From Chara braunii (Eukaryota; Plantae; Charophyceae), in the NCBI GenBank assembly GCA_003427395.1, contig BFEA01000018.1:2876315-2940314 (forward strand): DNA of 64,000 nt, read 5' to 3'. The translations under genes and the position numbers were made by a program. This document shows positions 1 to 11,278 of this stretch, piece by piece. Numbering within the stretch: the stretch's first letter is position 1; each line of letters starts with the position of its first letter. The notes beneath the pieces were generated by a model, which was not told the DNA's origin, ran no database searches, and saw only the letters and a list, made by a program, of their open reading frames with translations.

Positions 1-338
1 TCAATTACGGTCTTTGTCGGTCCCCGGTCTTATAAATCTTTTATTTTGATTCGGAATAACAAAGAATCATGCAAATAATAATAACAAAATGCTGGTACGT
101 CATGCATACATCAATTTGTCAATTTACTACCTTTGAGAATTGTGACAGAATCATTAGAGAACATGATCACCAAACAAAACAATGTAGTCCATGCAAAACT
201 GACTGACTCGAGCAAAAACAAGGATAAATGAGGGAAGAATGAGAACTCATAACAATCTCAGAAGATACACATGTGGAGAGCATGATCAACACTAGTTAGG
301 AGTCCTCACTCATCCCTCTGAATCTCACACTCAATCTC

Positions 339-995
339 TTATTTTGTTGCATGTCTTTTGTGCTTCCGGCCAAGTCCCCGTACTCTCTGAGGTTGTGGCC
401 TCTGAACGTAGAACCACCTGAATCCTATGAGCTCTGAACACTTCCAAGCGAGCCCCATGATACGCAAGTCAACCATAGCACAAAACTCCTCCCACAAAGT
501 AGGAAGATATGGCTGAGAGAAAATCCCTCGTCTCAGATACCGGAACTCTAAGGGCTCGGTTACCGCATCGTAATCAATCACCGCATGAGAGATATACCTC
601 TTGGTTAGTTCTACCAAGTCTCCCCAACAAAAACCGTATGTGAGAGGGAAAGGTACTAGAGGCTTGGGATGGTCAGTGTAGAGCTTCGGTCCAAAGCTGC
701 AGATCAGCCTGGTACCATTCTCGTCGAACTTTTTTCCTCTCTCTTCAAGACACCTGGCTGCTGTGACGCAGACTGAATCGAAGTGTTCATGAGTCTTTTT
801 GCCTTTCTTTAGATAAGACCTCAAATCATAAATGGTACCTTCTACAAAACTGGTAAAAACAATAAAGATTGACAGATCTTCCTGCCTCAAACAGGTTGCA
901 CCGAGATACTGATACTGAATTGCTTACTTGAGTGCAATCTGATTGAGATTGGTCAATACTGTCTCACTGACCGAAAATGACTGAACCGTACTCAT
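339..995 (-). pseudogene. Orphan intronless ORF (~218 codons, one in-frame stop), unknown function
   Basis: The 183-aa ORF 339-890 extends in frame to an ATG at 995 (MSTVQSFSVSETVLTNLNQIALK*AIQYQYLGATC-LRQEDL...) with one TAA in 219 codons. No recognisable domain. Confidence 0.5.
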
Positions 996-1175
996 GTGTG
1001 TAGTAGCTGCTGTCTTTCTGACTTTCTCAGTTTCGTGGTTGTATTGTTTGTTGTTCGTGTTTTAATGAAGTACCGTGTGTCCAATTGCGACCTGTCTCTG
1101 ATTCCGGTTCGTCCTCTCTAATCTGTTTCTGTTTGATGCATGTTTGTCTCTCTTGGAAATGATGACTAGATTCTC

Positions 1176-1568
1176 TTACTGATCACCAGCTACAACCCTC
1201 CTTGCTTTCTCAACAGATCCTACTGATGAGAGGGTGCTATGTAGTCTTCCGTCAACTCTATGAATGTAGTAGGTGCATTCAATCATTGTCTGATCTTTCA
1301 CCAGCGTCAGTGTGTGTGCCATCATGAACCTTGTTTGACGACGAAGACCCCGTGTCACTCTTTCTTCCCAGCCCTCGGTCCTACCCCGGTGCAATGAGCA
1401 GGTAACTCTCACTGTATCCTCGCTTCCGATCTCCCTACAGAGGCCCATCACTTTAGGGATGAATGCACTGCATTCATGCACTGCTGGGCTTGCTAGAAAT
1501 GACTCGTATATTAATGATCTTTGATATGCAGAATGCTGGCTCCGCAGGTGGCAGATAAAGGTTAACAC
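1176..1568 (-). pseudogene. Orphan ORF remnant (130 open codons), unknown function
   Basis: Protein-like open frame, same strand as and directly upstream of the 339-995 ORF. An in-frame ATG exists at 1817, but 5 stops lie in the 83 intervening codons, so the extension is unsupported. Confidence 0.3.
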
Positions 1569-3494
1569 AAGGTGGTTACCAATTAACTGCTTTTCCTGAA
1601 GATGACTGATAATTCGGTGGTTTGCTTAGTCGAAGAAATTGATTGGATCACTAAACACTTTCACTGAGAGTCATGGAAGATGTTTCAAATGTTTGAGCTG
1701 CCGTCACGGTCGTAGAGGTAAAAAGCGTACTTCAATATCCCGACTTGGTAAACTTCATACCTTGGACTGTTCCTGCTCTTCATTACTTTATAAAGTCCTA
1801 TTATACTCTTCTCTCATGATATGAAAACTTTAGTCTTGGGTGGTCCTTTTACTCGCTGCTTCATAGTATAAGCTGCAATGTTTTGCCTCCGATAATAAGA
1901 CTCACCAACAGTCTGTTACTGAGGTGTTAGTGAGCGAGACCAAGTCAAGCCACATAACAGTCAACTCATACGTCGTGGGGATCATGACTAAAACCCAATT
2001 GTTATTGATCTCAGTTCTGAAGGTACCAAGAATGGTAACTTGTTCTCAAGCTTGGCACAAAGTAGACAGTCTTCGATCCTATATGGTACGGAGTTCAGGC
2101 AGAGTGTTACTTCCGTCCATATGAGAAATAGAAGTGCCACCAGTGACCGTTCTCATGCAGATTCAACCCTGAGTTTCATTGAATGAATCTGTCTCTCACG
2201 TGTTGAGGAACAACGCAGTATGGTCCAAAGACGGGCTGCTTTTGCCCAGTACAGAGGTCATAAGCTTTGGTACTCATTGGATCAAGATAGGTTTGTCTTC
2301 CAATCGCGTTGCTTTGAGGTCTGCGTTTAGTTTTGTCTGCTAAGACAGACACCGAGGAAATGATTCATGCTTCAGGTCATGGTCGAGCTGGGTTGGCTAA
2401 GCCTGAATGGGTAAAGTATTTGTAGTAGCTCAAAGCAAGATCCTTGTCTGTTTTACCGCTAGGTCCCGCCCCCTTGGATCCCATTCACACGAGCATTTCC
2501 TGACACAACCAGGTCAAAGGTAGGTAGAAGGATGCTTACAAAGGTGATTGATTATGTCTATTTGAGATGAAGGAATGGATTGTCTTCTTTCTACCTTTCA
2601 CCTGCCTGCTTGTCAAAAAAAACTTGTTGTTTTGGAAAAATGTTATTCAAAGTGTGTCGTAGAATGGAGTCTATTGAAATAAAGCAGATAAGGTCAAACA
2701 GATTTAGCTTTTTCCAAGGATTGACACATTCTATCCTGAACGACCTTATCTACCTGTACCTGTCTAAATGATTCTCATTTTCTTTATCTCTTCTGATTTC
2801 TTTTCGTCTAAGTTACCCCGGGACTTAGGAGAAATAAAAAAATATATGAAAGCTACTTGCGGTGGACGCATCCACTATCTCTAGGAAGCATCTGGGGCGG
2901 GGGTTCGTTGATTCAGGAGCCGACCCTGTTATCGACCCAGAGTGGACCGTTCTACGGGGGGGTACTTGCCGATTCGGTGGAGACGGCCCAACTTATGAGA
3001 TTCAAGTCTGGTGCTCGAACGAGGAGGAGGAGTACCCCAGACCATTTCCTAGAGGAAGAGGCATGCTTCACGTCAAGCAATGCCCCTGATCAAGAATCAT
3101 GCGCAAACGGTTTGTCATTCAAAAAGATTGGAATGGACGAAGACAGGTATGCGCGTCGAATCTTAGATCGACAATAGGATGAAGTGAATGACTTCGGCAA
3201 CGCATCTCATCAAGTCAAAACCGAGGTTGTCCAACTACCATGCTGACAACATCAATGTTATTTTCGATTTGCCAACTTTTCGTTGGCAGTTGTTTTGATT
3301 GTTTTGTTGTATTCGACCTGAGGCGGCTGGATAGTTTTTGATCTTGTGTTATTGGATGTATGAGATGATGATTTGTATTTTTTTTTTTTTAGTCATCTTT
3401 TCATACTGGGAATATTTATTTGTGTCGGCTACGGTCGATTCCTTTTGATATAATTATATGTATGGTTGTCGTAACTTTCGTTTGACTTTATGTT

Positions 3495-3990
3495 TAAGGG
3501 ACTAGGATGAATTGTATTTTCACGCTTGGTTGAGACCGTTCTAGCCGACCGACGTTTGCTCCGTACCTAGGAGATCAGCGCCCTAAGGGACGAACGACGT
3601 TCGGGTCCGCTCGACGTTAACCAAGCGTATCTATACTATAGCGAATGAGCAAACACGCTCGACTGATCTACCTTTGCGATTGCATCTAAAAGCTTTCGCA
3701 CGTGGGTCGGTAGCTCGGTAGGGATACACCCCTAAGGGTGGTGACAACCCCTTAGGGAAGGCAAGCTTATGTCCTGCGGGAACCTATCCTGTCATAGGAG
3801 ACCACGAGATGTATAGCTGGCGTACCTGGCTAGAGCGGCGAAGGAGCGATGCAACCGCGTTCGTCTCGGCGGCTCGCGGAATGTTATGCATCGTCCCCGA
3901 GTTGTCTCTTGAAGTAAGTTTTTATTTTTACTCCTGCGTGACATGGGCGGGAGGGTCCTCGTTTTCACGCGAGGGCCGATGCGCTCGACA
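3495..3990 (+). ncRNA. Candidate large structured RNA module, copy 1
   Basis: Colinear conserved blocks shared with 10064-10605 and, except the first, with 11279-11682: TAAGGGACTAGGA, AGCGAATGAG, TAGCTC..AGGGATAC, GTGACAAC, CCTATCCT, CGGGAGGGTCC, CCGATGMGCTCGACA. Helices are conserved by compensatory changes. Confidence 0.6.
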
Positions 3991-4620
3991 GTGAGTATGG
4001 CTAAAGCTATGTTTGACAGATAAACGGGTTTGACTCTCTTACTCCTGATAGCATCTGTTGATAGGCATGTCAGTTGAGAGGAAATGTAACGTAAGATCAT
4101 GTGGCCCAAGGCTCAGCGAAGTCCGACCGATGAACTTTATCAAGCGACTTCAGCGAGTGTTCTTAGTGATATGTGATTGGATCAACCAGATAAGAGTCCG
4201 TTTTTCCTTGATCCAACATTGTTGTTTTTGCACGCTTATCTTCTGTTCTGTCACTCTTTCGACAAGAGTCGTCAACACAACATTCTGATTGACGTCGACG
4301 AGGTTAATGATATGTGTTGGTTTTCCCTGTGCATATTCATCAGGCTTTAGCCTACTAATCAAAGAGTTGTATCAGATCGGCGTCTCATCTTGGAGAAAGA
4401 GATGACCCTGTGGTAAGAGAGAAGTACTCAGATTGTGTTTTTTAATCCACGGGTGCCTTGTTATGGGCGGGAAGAAGTCTTTCATAAGGAAAGTGGCGTA
4501 CCTTCTCGCCATACTTTTACTCGATGGGGACTAATCCCTGCGCTTGCTTTTACCAGACCCCCGTAAGAGGAGGACCTTGTTGGGAAGGATCACCGAGGGT
4601 AGCTGACCACGCTTAAACAC
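3928..4620 (-). pseudogene. Decayed orphan ORF ending antisense inside module copy 1
   Basis: 231-codon frame (VFKRGQLPSVILPNKVLLLRG...MARRYATFLMKDFFPP...SRLKPDEYAQGKPTHIINLVDVNQ...) with 4 internal stops and no frameshift. Includes track ORF 4150-4362. Confidence 0.35.
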
Positions 4621-5749
4621 AATGTCTTTTTCTTGGTTCCTCTATGGTAAACAAAGAAGAGGCTTGATGTTTAAGTTTCCCTACCACCTTTAACCTTAGT
4701 CTTGTTAACAATCTTGATGGGTCTCTGCCCTTCAGTGGTAACGAGGTTTGTGCTAGTCTGAAAGAGTGCGTGGTCTCCGCTATGCTTGATATATCGTGCA
4801 AGACTCAGAGCGGAAAATACACCGCTCGCTGACGCTTCAAGAGTGATGCTCGGGTGATTGGGTTATTTGACCATTACACATCTAGTTAACTATTCGGGTT
4901 CATTATGCAGAAAAGGGTATTGACATGAAAACTTCTGTGAACATCACGACGCCGTAAGTGTTTGGTGAATCGGAACCATGTGTTCTGTGCAGTATAGGAG
5001 TGTTATATATGTCGTTGTATGTCGTGCGGGACACGTAGTGGTACTCGGTGTTGCACACATACAATTTTAGTCCTTTTTCGAAATGAATGTGCTCACTCTT
5101 AGCAACACTTAGTACTGCATAAAGACAAAATTACGCTTAACATGATAAATGGGTGGAGCATCATGATCTCTAGCGGCAAACCTCGGGAGGTATTGTGATC
5201 AACTACACTTGGGAAGGCCCACCCTTCTGCTTACTTACCTTAAATGATAGAAATAAGACCTGACAGGTCATAGTGGATTTAAACTAGTGACCCTTAGTCT
5301 GTCAACGGACTGTCAAAAAAATGAAAAGTTCATTTTGACTGTCCATATCATGCTTATTGGAGCAGGCTAGTGCCCTGAGCCGAGTGAGGCTAACGGGTCG
5401 GCAGAAGTGAACCACACCCATGAGTTGAGACAATCGGGACTTTGAGCATGGATTTAAGTCAGAATATTTAAAATCCTGCAGAAGTTGGGTTCAAGTTACG
5501 CAAAGGAAACGCGTTCAAAAGAAAACAATGCAATCCCATACTCGAGTCGGACTTTTTCATTCACATGCATGATTTACACAACTTTTATCTACCTTTTCTT
5601 TTGAATATTCAAAACGAACAGGGTCAAGCAAAGTGCGGGTCCAAACAGGCGTGAAAGGAAGTCTGAGTCATTCAACTGACCTTGAGTGAAGTTTGATCCG
5701 ACCCACTTAAGAAAATCATATAGAATTACGCTCTCTTCACGATAAGGTT

Positions 5750-5803
5750 GTCACACCCAGTCGTCAGCAAAGTGATTGACACCACTCTCTTGTGACGGCC
5801 CCC
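5750..5803. mobile_element. Possible LTR terminus and primer-binding-site-like sequence
   Basis: TGTCACACCC (5750) and TGTGACGGCCCC (5791) resemble plant Ty3/gypsy LTR termini. The minus strand reads GGGGCCGTCACA-agagag-TGGTGTCA. No partner LTR or gag-pol was found. Confidence 0.25.
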
Positions 5804-6044
5804 TGCTAGAATACCCTCTCAGCACACAATCACCTTCCAATAATCTGGCGGCGTTTTCTCGTTACCGCCACTTGTTTCCAAAGCATGGCGTCTCCGCAGC
5901 GTCACCCTCACGCCACTTTAAAATGAAACACCGCTTTGACTCACCTCCTCTATCTCAACGTCCCAACTCCACTTAGTGCAAAACTATTGTCGTTATTATC
6001 GTGAAAATAGTATCGTCACTGCAAGAATCCGATACTGACGCCAC

Positions 6045-6190
6045 AAAAAAATCTAGCAGTGCTTCCGCACTACCGCCGTTAAAACCGGAGTCGCCGCTGT
6101 AGAATTTCGGCAACACTTTCGTACCACCGCCGTAAAATCTCACGTCGCCGCCACATAATTTTGGCAGCACTTCCGTACCGCTGCCGCACA
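6045..6190. repeat. Three ~57-bp degenerate repeats with core AATTTCGGCAGCACTTCC
   Basis: aatctagcagtgcttccgcactaccgccg / aatttcggcaacactttcgtaccaccgccg / aattttggcagcacttccgtaccgctgccg. The core is the reverse complement of the 8.3-8.9 kb repeat core. Confidence 0.7.
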
Positions 6191-6465
6191 TAAGTTCTGG
6201 AGGCAGGGAATTGAAAGGTAATCATTGTTTTTCTTCTATAAACCCAGTTATAACCATATGCGCACTTTTTGCTATGTTTGACTGAATATACTGCGTGCGT
6301 CCTTATTTTGACTTTCAAGACATAATTCAGACACAAGTAAAAGAATGATTGTGCAATTTCAGTTTCAGTTTTGTTGTATTGACTGAAAGCAGATTGTGGG
6401 ATTGCATCGGGGGAAAGGTGGAATAAAGGTTGTATTGCTTGTGTCTGACTGGGTCAACCAAAGGT

Positions 6466-7190
6466 TGGGAGAGTCTCCATAAGATTGGAGGGCCCAATGC
6501 TATGTTTATTTTCGATTGCCTGAAGGACCAGAAAGGTTCCCATAAGTTTGGGCGGGTTGGTTGCTCCGACTTGCGAGGGCTGCTTGTGATTATTTTTTCA
6601 GGGACCAAGCAGATTTCCATAAGATTGGATGGTTTGGTTGTCTGGTTTCTTTCGGTTTTCTTATGTTTTATTAGTCCTGAAGGAGATTTGGGCACGTTCC
6701 ATAAGATTGGATGACCCTAACTCTCTCTTGTTTTATTTTAAGGAGGGAAATTCAGGCAAAGGACTGGACAGATTCCCATAAGATTGGGTGGTCTGGTCTG
6801 GAACCACGCACATGAATGGAATAAAAAGGCTAAATTTGTTTATATCTTATATTACTTACTTATGAACAGGCTAATCAGACATTTTTCCATAAGATTTGAT
6901 GGTCTGACTATAGCTTATCACCAACTGAAGATAGTATGAATTAAGAATAAAATTGTGGTAAGAAGGGACAGGCTGAATTTTGATCTAAGATAACCGGTTC
7001 AGTCATATGTTGCCTTAAAAGACAAAGTGCAGATAGTTATATATAACTTGGATACTTAAATGGTTCAAGGCGACTGGGCTGGCTAGCCTAGTTATGGGCC
7101 CAAAGAAGAGAAGCATTGCAGTACCATGTGTTTGTGTATATTCTATGGCTGAGCTAGACAAATTCTCATAAGATTGGGTGGTCTAACTTT
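6466..7190. repeat. Array of 7 copies of a ~20-bp motif (YCCATAAGATTGGRTGGT) with divergent spacers
   Basis: CATAAG cores at 6478, 6541, 6618, 6700, 6777, 6888 and 7167; spacings 63, 77, 82, 77, 111 and 279 bp. Confidence 0.75.
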
Positions 7191-7414
7191 ATGCCTTATG
7201 TAAGTTGGGTATAAAGGGGATAAATCATTGAAAGAATATGAACTATTGTTTGATCAGGTTGACTTGGGGTTAGTGAGAGTACTTCCCTTTGTGGTTTGGC
7301 CTGCATGTGGCTGAGTGAGATCACTACTTAGTCTGAGTTTCAGTTGATAGGTAGTTGTTTTAGTTGCTCGCCACATACTAGAGCCGAGAGATGGTTAACG
7401 GATGCATATATTTT

Positions 7415-8045
7415 CAGGGGTCCTTTCCAGGCAGTTCAACCACTTTAGGTTACTACACGACTTTCAGATTGTGTGTGGATCTATAAATAGGGTTATCTGA
7501 AACCGCCTTCAGGCAGTTCATCCACTTCAGGCTGATACATCACTTTCAGATTGCCTACAGATCCATTGCAAATGGTGGGATGGGATACCTGAAACCCCTT
7601 TCAGAAACTTCAGCCACTTCAGCAGTTTCAGGTCCCCACCTGAAATTCCTAAAATAACCTGAAGTGGCTGAAGCTTCTGAAAGGGGTTTCAGGTACCCTC
7701 ATCCAATCATTTGGATGGGGGTATATGAAACCTCTTTCAGAAGCTTCAGCCACTTCAGTGGTTTCAGGTCCCCACCTGAAATTCCTAAAATGACCTTTAG
7801 TGGTTGAAGCTTCTGAAAGTGGTTTCAGGTACCCCCATCCAAATGGTTGGATGGGGGTACCTGAAGCCCCTTTCAGAAGCTTCAGCCACTTCAGCGGTTT
7901 CAGGTCCCTACCTGAAATTCCTGAAATGACGTGAAGTGGTCATTTGGATGGGGGTACCTAAACCCCATTCAGAAGCTTCAGCCACTTCAGCGGTTTCAGG
8001 TCCCCACCTGAAATTTCTGAAATGACCTGAAGTGGTTGAAAAACA

Positions 8046-8077
<32 letters not shown>

Positions 8078-8175
8078 NNNNNNNNNNNNNNNNNNNNNNN
8101 NNNNNNNNNAAATTACCTGAAGTGTCTTTAGGCCATTTCAGCGGTTTCAGAGCACTTCAGAATCTTTCATTCTGA
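7415..8175. repeat. Tandem satellite of ~136-bp units, each containing a ~100-bp palindrome
   Basis: ttcaggtccc(c/t)acctgaaatt at ~7627, 7763, 7899 and 7995. Each unit contains ctgaagtggctgaagcttctgaaaggggtttcaggtaccccc...gggggtacctgaa..ccctttcagaagcttcagccacttcag. Interrupted by poly-A and an N gap at 8049-8109. Confidence 0.9.
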
Positions 8176-8284
8176 AATTTCAAGTGGTCGTTAACCGCGA
8201 GTGCTAGAGCCATAAGAATTAGTTTCAATTCCTGCACTTTCTGAGCTGAAGTCATTTTACTTAGGCCAATTTCTGCATTTTCTG

Positions 8285-8875
8285 GGATCTTTTATTATAT
8301 TTGTTCTTGTATAAATCTTGGTAAGCCACTTTCTTTACGGGAAACGCTGCCGAAATTTCTACAAAACTAATGAGTTAGTCAAATTTTGTCTTTTCAAAGT
8401 TCAATTTGTCTGACTTTTATATATGACTTAGTGAAAAATTGAAGAGTCTCATTTTCTAAAGGGAGTGCTGCCTTAATTTTTGCTGATTCAGGGAGTTAGA
8501 CAAAATTGGACCTTGAGAAGTCAAAGTCACTTTAGATTATGAACTTATCTTTGTATAAATCTTGGAGTAACACTTTCCTAAAGAAAGTGCGGCCGAAATT
8601 TTTACAAATGTAAGGAGTTAGTTAAATTATGTCTTAGTTGAACTCAAATTTTGCTATGGGCTCATATCTGACTTAGTAAAAATCTGGAAAGTCTTCTTTT
8701 CTAAAAGGAGTGCAACCTAAATTTTTACTAATTCAGGGAGTTAGACAAAATTTGACTTTCCAGAACTAGAGATTGTTTTTGTTTTCATATTTGAGTTAGT
8801 ATAAATTTTGAAATGACACTTTTCCTACGGGAAGCGTTGTCGAAATTTTTTTAGTCTTAGAGAAGTTAGATAGTA
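8285..8875. repeat. Five ~122-bp repeats alternating A/B (~243-bp higher-order unit), core GCTGCCGAAATTT
   Basis: Cores at ~8348, 8469, 8590, 8713 and 8837. Units 1/3/5 share gtataaat(c/t)ttg; units 2/4 share tgacttagt...ttcagggagttagacaaaatt. Confidence 0.85.
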
Positions 8876-10063
8876 TTTTGACAGGTGGCGATTCTGGCAA
8901 TTCACCCTTCATAGGGGAGATACTATCAAAGGTCTACCTTTCTTTGGGCACTGGATTAGCGGTAGACTCAGATTTTGTCATGGGAAGATTTTGAGTGAGA
9001 GTGTGTCATGGGGATTTGTTCTCCATACACTGATGATTTAGCTTGGGCATTAACCTGACCTATCTTATGATACAGGCCTTCTTTGGACATTCGATCCAGG
9101 ATTTGGACTAGTTTCAGCTTTGATCCTACGAGGATCATCTTCTGTTATCACAGATAACAGGTCGGTTGGTTGATCATCAACTCGTTGGCTCACGACACAA
9201 CTTTGCTTACACATGTACCTCAACTTGATTGTCTTAGCCCTGAAATTTGATATGTTTTTTTTAGGGTTTTAACCGGAATTCTTTTAATGACCATTATAAA
9301 GAACTTATGAGATTTATGAAAAGTTTAACTATGACTGCGGCTTGAGTGTGTGAGGCATCGTGTGAGTTACAGGGAACAATAAAGTTGACCATAATGGTGT
9401 ATAGCAATGTGGCTATCGTTTGTGCCTATGTTCTATGCATGTTAGTATTTAGAGCTTGGTATACGAGTCTTATTTTGGAGGCAGTGGGAATGACAACCAT
9501 GTGACGCACGATCTGCATACCTGATGGGGTTTATGTTTCCCCTTGTTTTATTTGATCTCAAGTTCTAAGTTGATATATGAGTAATGGGTGTTTATTTATT
9601 TACTGATTGATTTTGCTTATTAAGTTTTTATAGTTGGACGTTGTAGTCCGTGGCAGTTTTCAAAGTCAAACCCCTTGATTTCTCTCCAGACCCTGGATGA
9701 TGGAGTTGGTCTCCAGGGCGATAAGAGATAATTGTCACCACAGGTATGAACCTGTGTACCACCCATTCTCTGCAGGGTGCAGAAGATGGTGTGGTTCTCA
9801 ATCGCACTGGGCGGTTGTCCAGCGTTGAGAGATCAATCCCTCAAGGCGCATGTCAGTCGACACTTGAGTGTCGAATGCGACTCTCGAGATTAACGAGGAC
9901 CGTATGGGTATGGGTACTACATAGTACGCCATCATTGTGACTGCTTGCGTATGCTTGCATTGCGAGTCGATATGAGATTACCCCTCCATCCACGTGGTTT
10001 TATACTAAGTCTCACGCACGTTGCCTATCCGATTTCCGCATCGGAGAGTTATGGGATGGCTAC

Positions 10064-10605
10064 TAAGGGACTAGGAGTGTTGTTGCGTTGTCTGTTCTGT
10101 GTCGTTCTGAATATGTATGTATATGTGTGTGTTTTTATTTTTATGTTCTTTAGAGTGGTGTACGCGTGGTGTGTGAGATGTGTCCTAGTCGACCGACGAC
10201 GAATCGCGCTTGGGACTTCGGCCCCCCAGTGCGTCGGTTCGCATGCGGGTTCGATCGAGGCGTAAGACCTCGCGTACCCGCTATGCTACAGCGAATGAGA
10301 AACGCCCTCGGCTGGTCCACCTCTGCGATTGCAGCTGATTAACTTTCGTACTGTGGACTGGTAGCTCCGCAGGGATACGTCCACCGAAGGGAGGTGACAA
10401 CTCCCGTAAGGTGTAGGTAAGTTGTGCCTCGCGTAGGCCCTATCCTATTGTAGGGGCTCGCGAGAGGTATGGCTGGCGCACTCGGTCGGAGCGGCTTGTG
10501 GAAGCTCCATGTATATATCGCGACGAGGAATAGACCAAGTCCTGAGTAATGCGGTCGGGAGGGTCCCACCCCGTTTTGTGTAGTGCCGGACCGATGAGCT
10601 CGACA
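10064..10605 (+). ncRNA. Candidate large structured RNA module, copy 2 (best preserved)
   Basis: Helices: GACTAGGA/TCCTAGTC; GACCGA(10191)/TCGGTC(10482); a hairpin with a cUUCGg loop (10201-10240); GCGGGT/ACCCGC with CGAGG/CCTCG; GCTGGTCCAC/GTGGACTGGT; CACC-GGGAG/CTCCC-GGTG; AGTTGTGCCTC/GAGGTATGGCT; terminal GTCGGG-GGTCC/GGACC-CTCGAC. Confidence 0.65.
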
Positions 10606-11278
10606 ACGTCGCCGACGGCAAAACCAAGGGGGATAGCCCCGTCGGGCCCTCAACCTCTCGGTCCCTTCACGCTACTCTAATATCCCGAGTCGTCGCCTCT
10701 CGATCTCGATCTCTGAATCTTTCTTATGAAAGTCCGACTCTGTAACCAATAGTGTTAGGCCCAAGGTTGAGTCTAGTTTTGACAGACACCTAAATGAGGG
10801 GATATTGCGAGACGCGTAGATCTACCGAAATGTTTTCAAAATCACATTGTTGTCGATGTCGTCCTCCGCACGTACGTACAAGTCACAGGCAAGCGCAGCA
10901 ATCAGGAGACAAAATATTTTTAATCCTAGTTTAATCAGAACTAAAAATTTCGCCTGCAACTATGCAGACCTTTCAATCATCAACAAAAGAAAGGATCACA
11001 CGCGCCTTAATTCTAAGCGCCCACATACTCTCTACTCTAGCCAACCACCCAGTCAATGTAATCCGCAGACACAACCTCGCCTCACACGCTATAGGTAAAC
11101 TTCAAACCAAACTTACTTTCTGTCGCTTGCAAAAAACAGGGCGGATACCCTTGTAAGGGTATTCGCACCGGCACGACATGCGACGTTTGCTTGTTCATGC
11201 ACCAAAACAAGTATGGGTTGAGCATAAAAAAAGATAGTTGCAAATTGCACATGAGCTTTAAGTTTTGTGAGAGAAGTA

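Noticed and set aside
3495-3990. Module as a group II or group I intron
   Set aside because: No conserved GUGYG start, no domain V hairpin (AGC triad, AY bulge, GNRA loop) shared across copies, and no P7 R/S consensus. The resemblance of GTCGGGAGGG...CTCGAC to intron ends is superficial.
1176-4880. Argument that the stops in the orphan ORFs arise from C-to-T deamination
   Set aside because: Every stop codon is one C-to-T change from CAA, CAG or CGA, so this is not evidence. Only stop density was used.
6466-7190. CRISPR array
   Set aside because: Eukaryotic context, degenerate repeats, irregular spacing and no cas genes.
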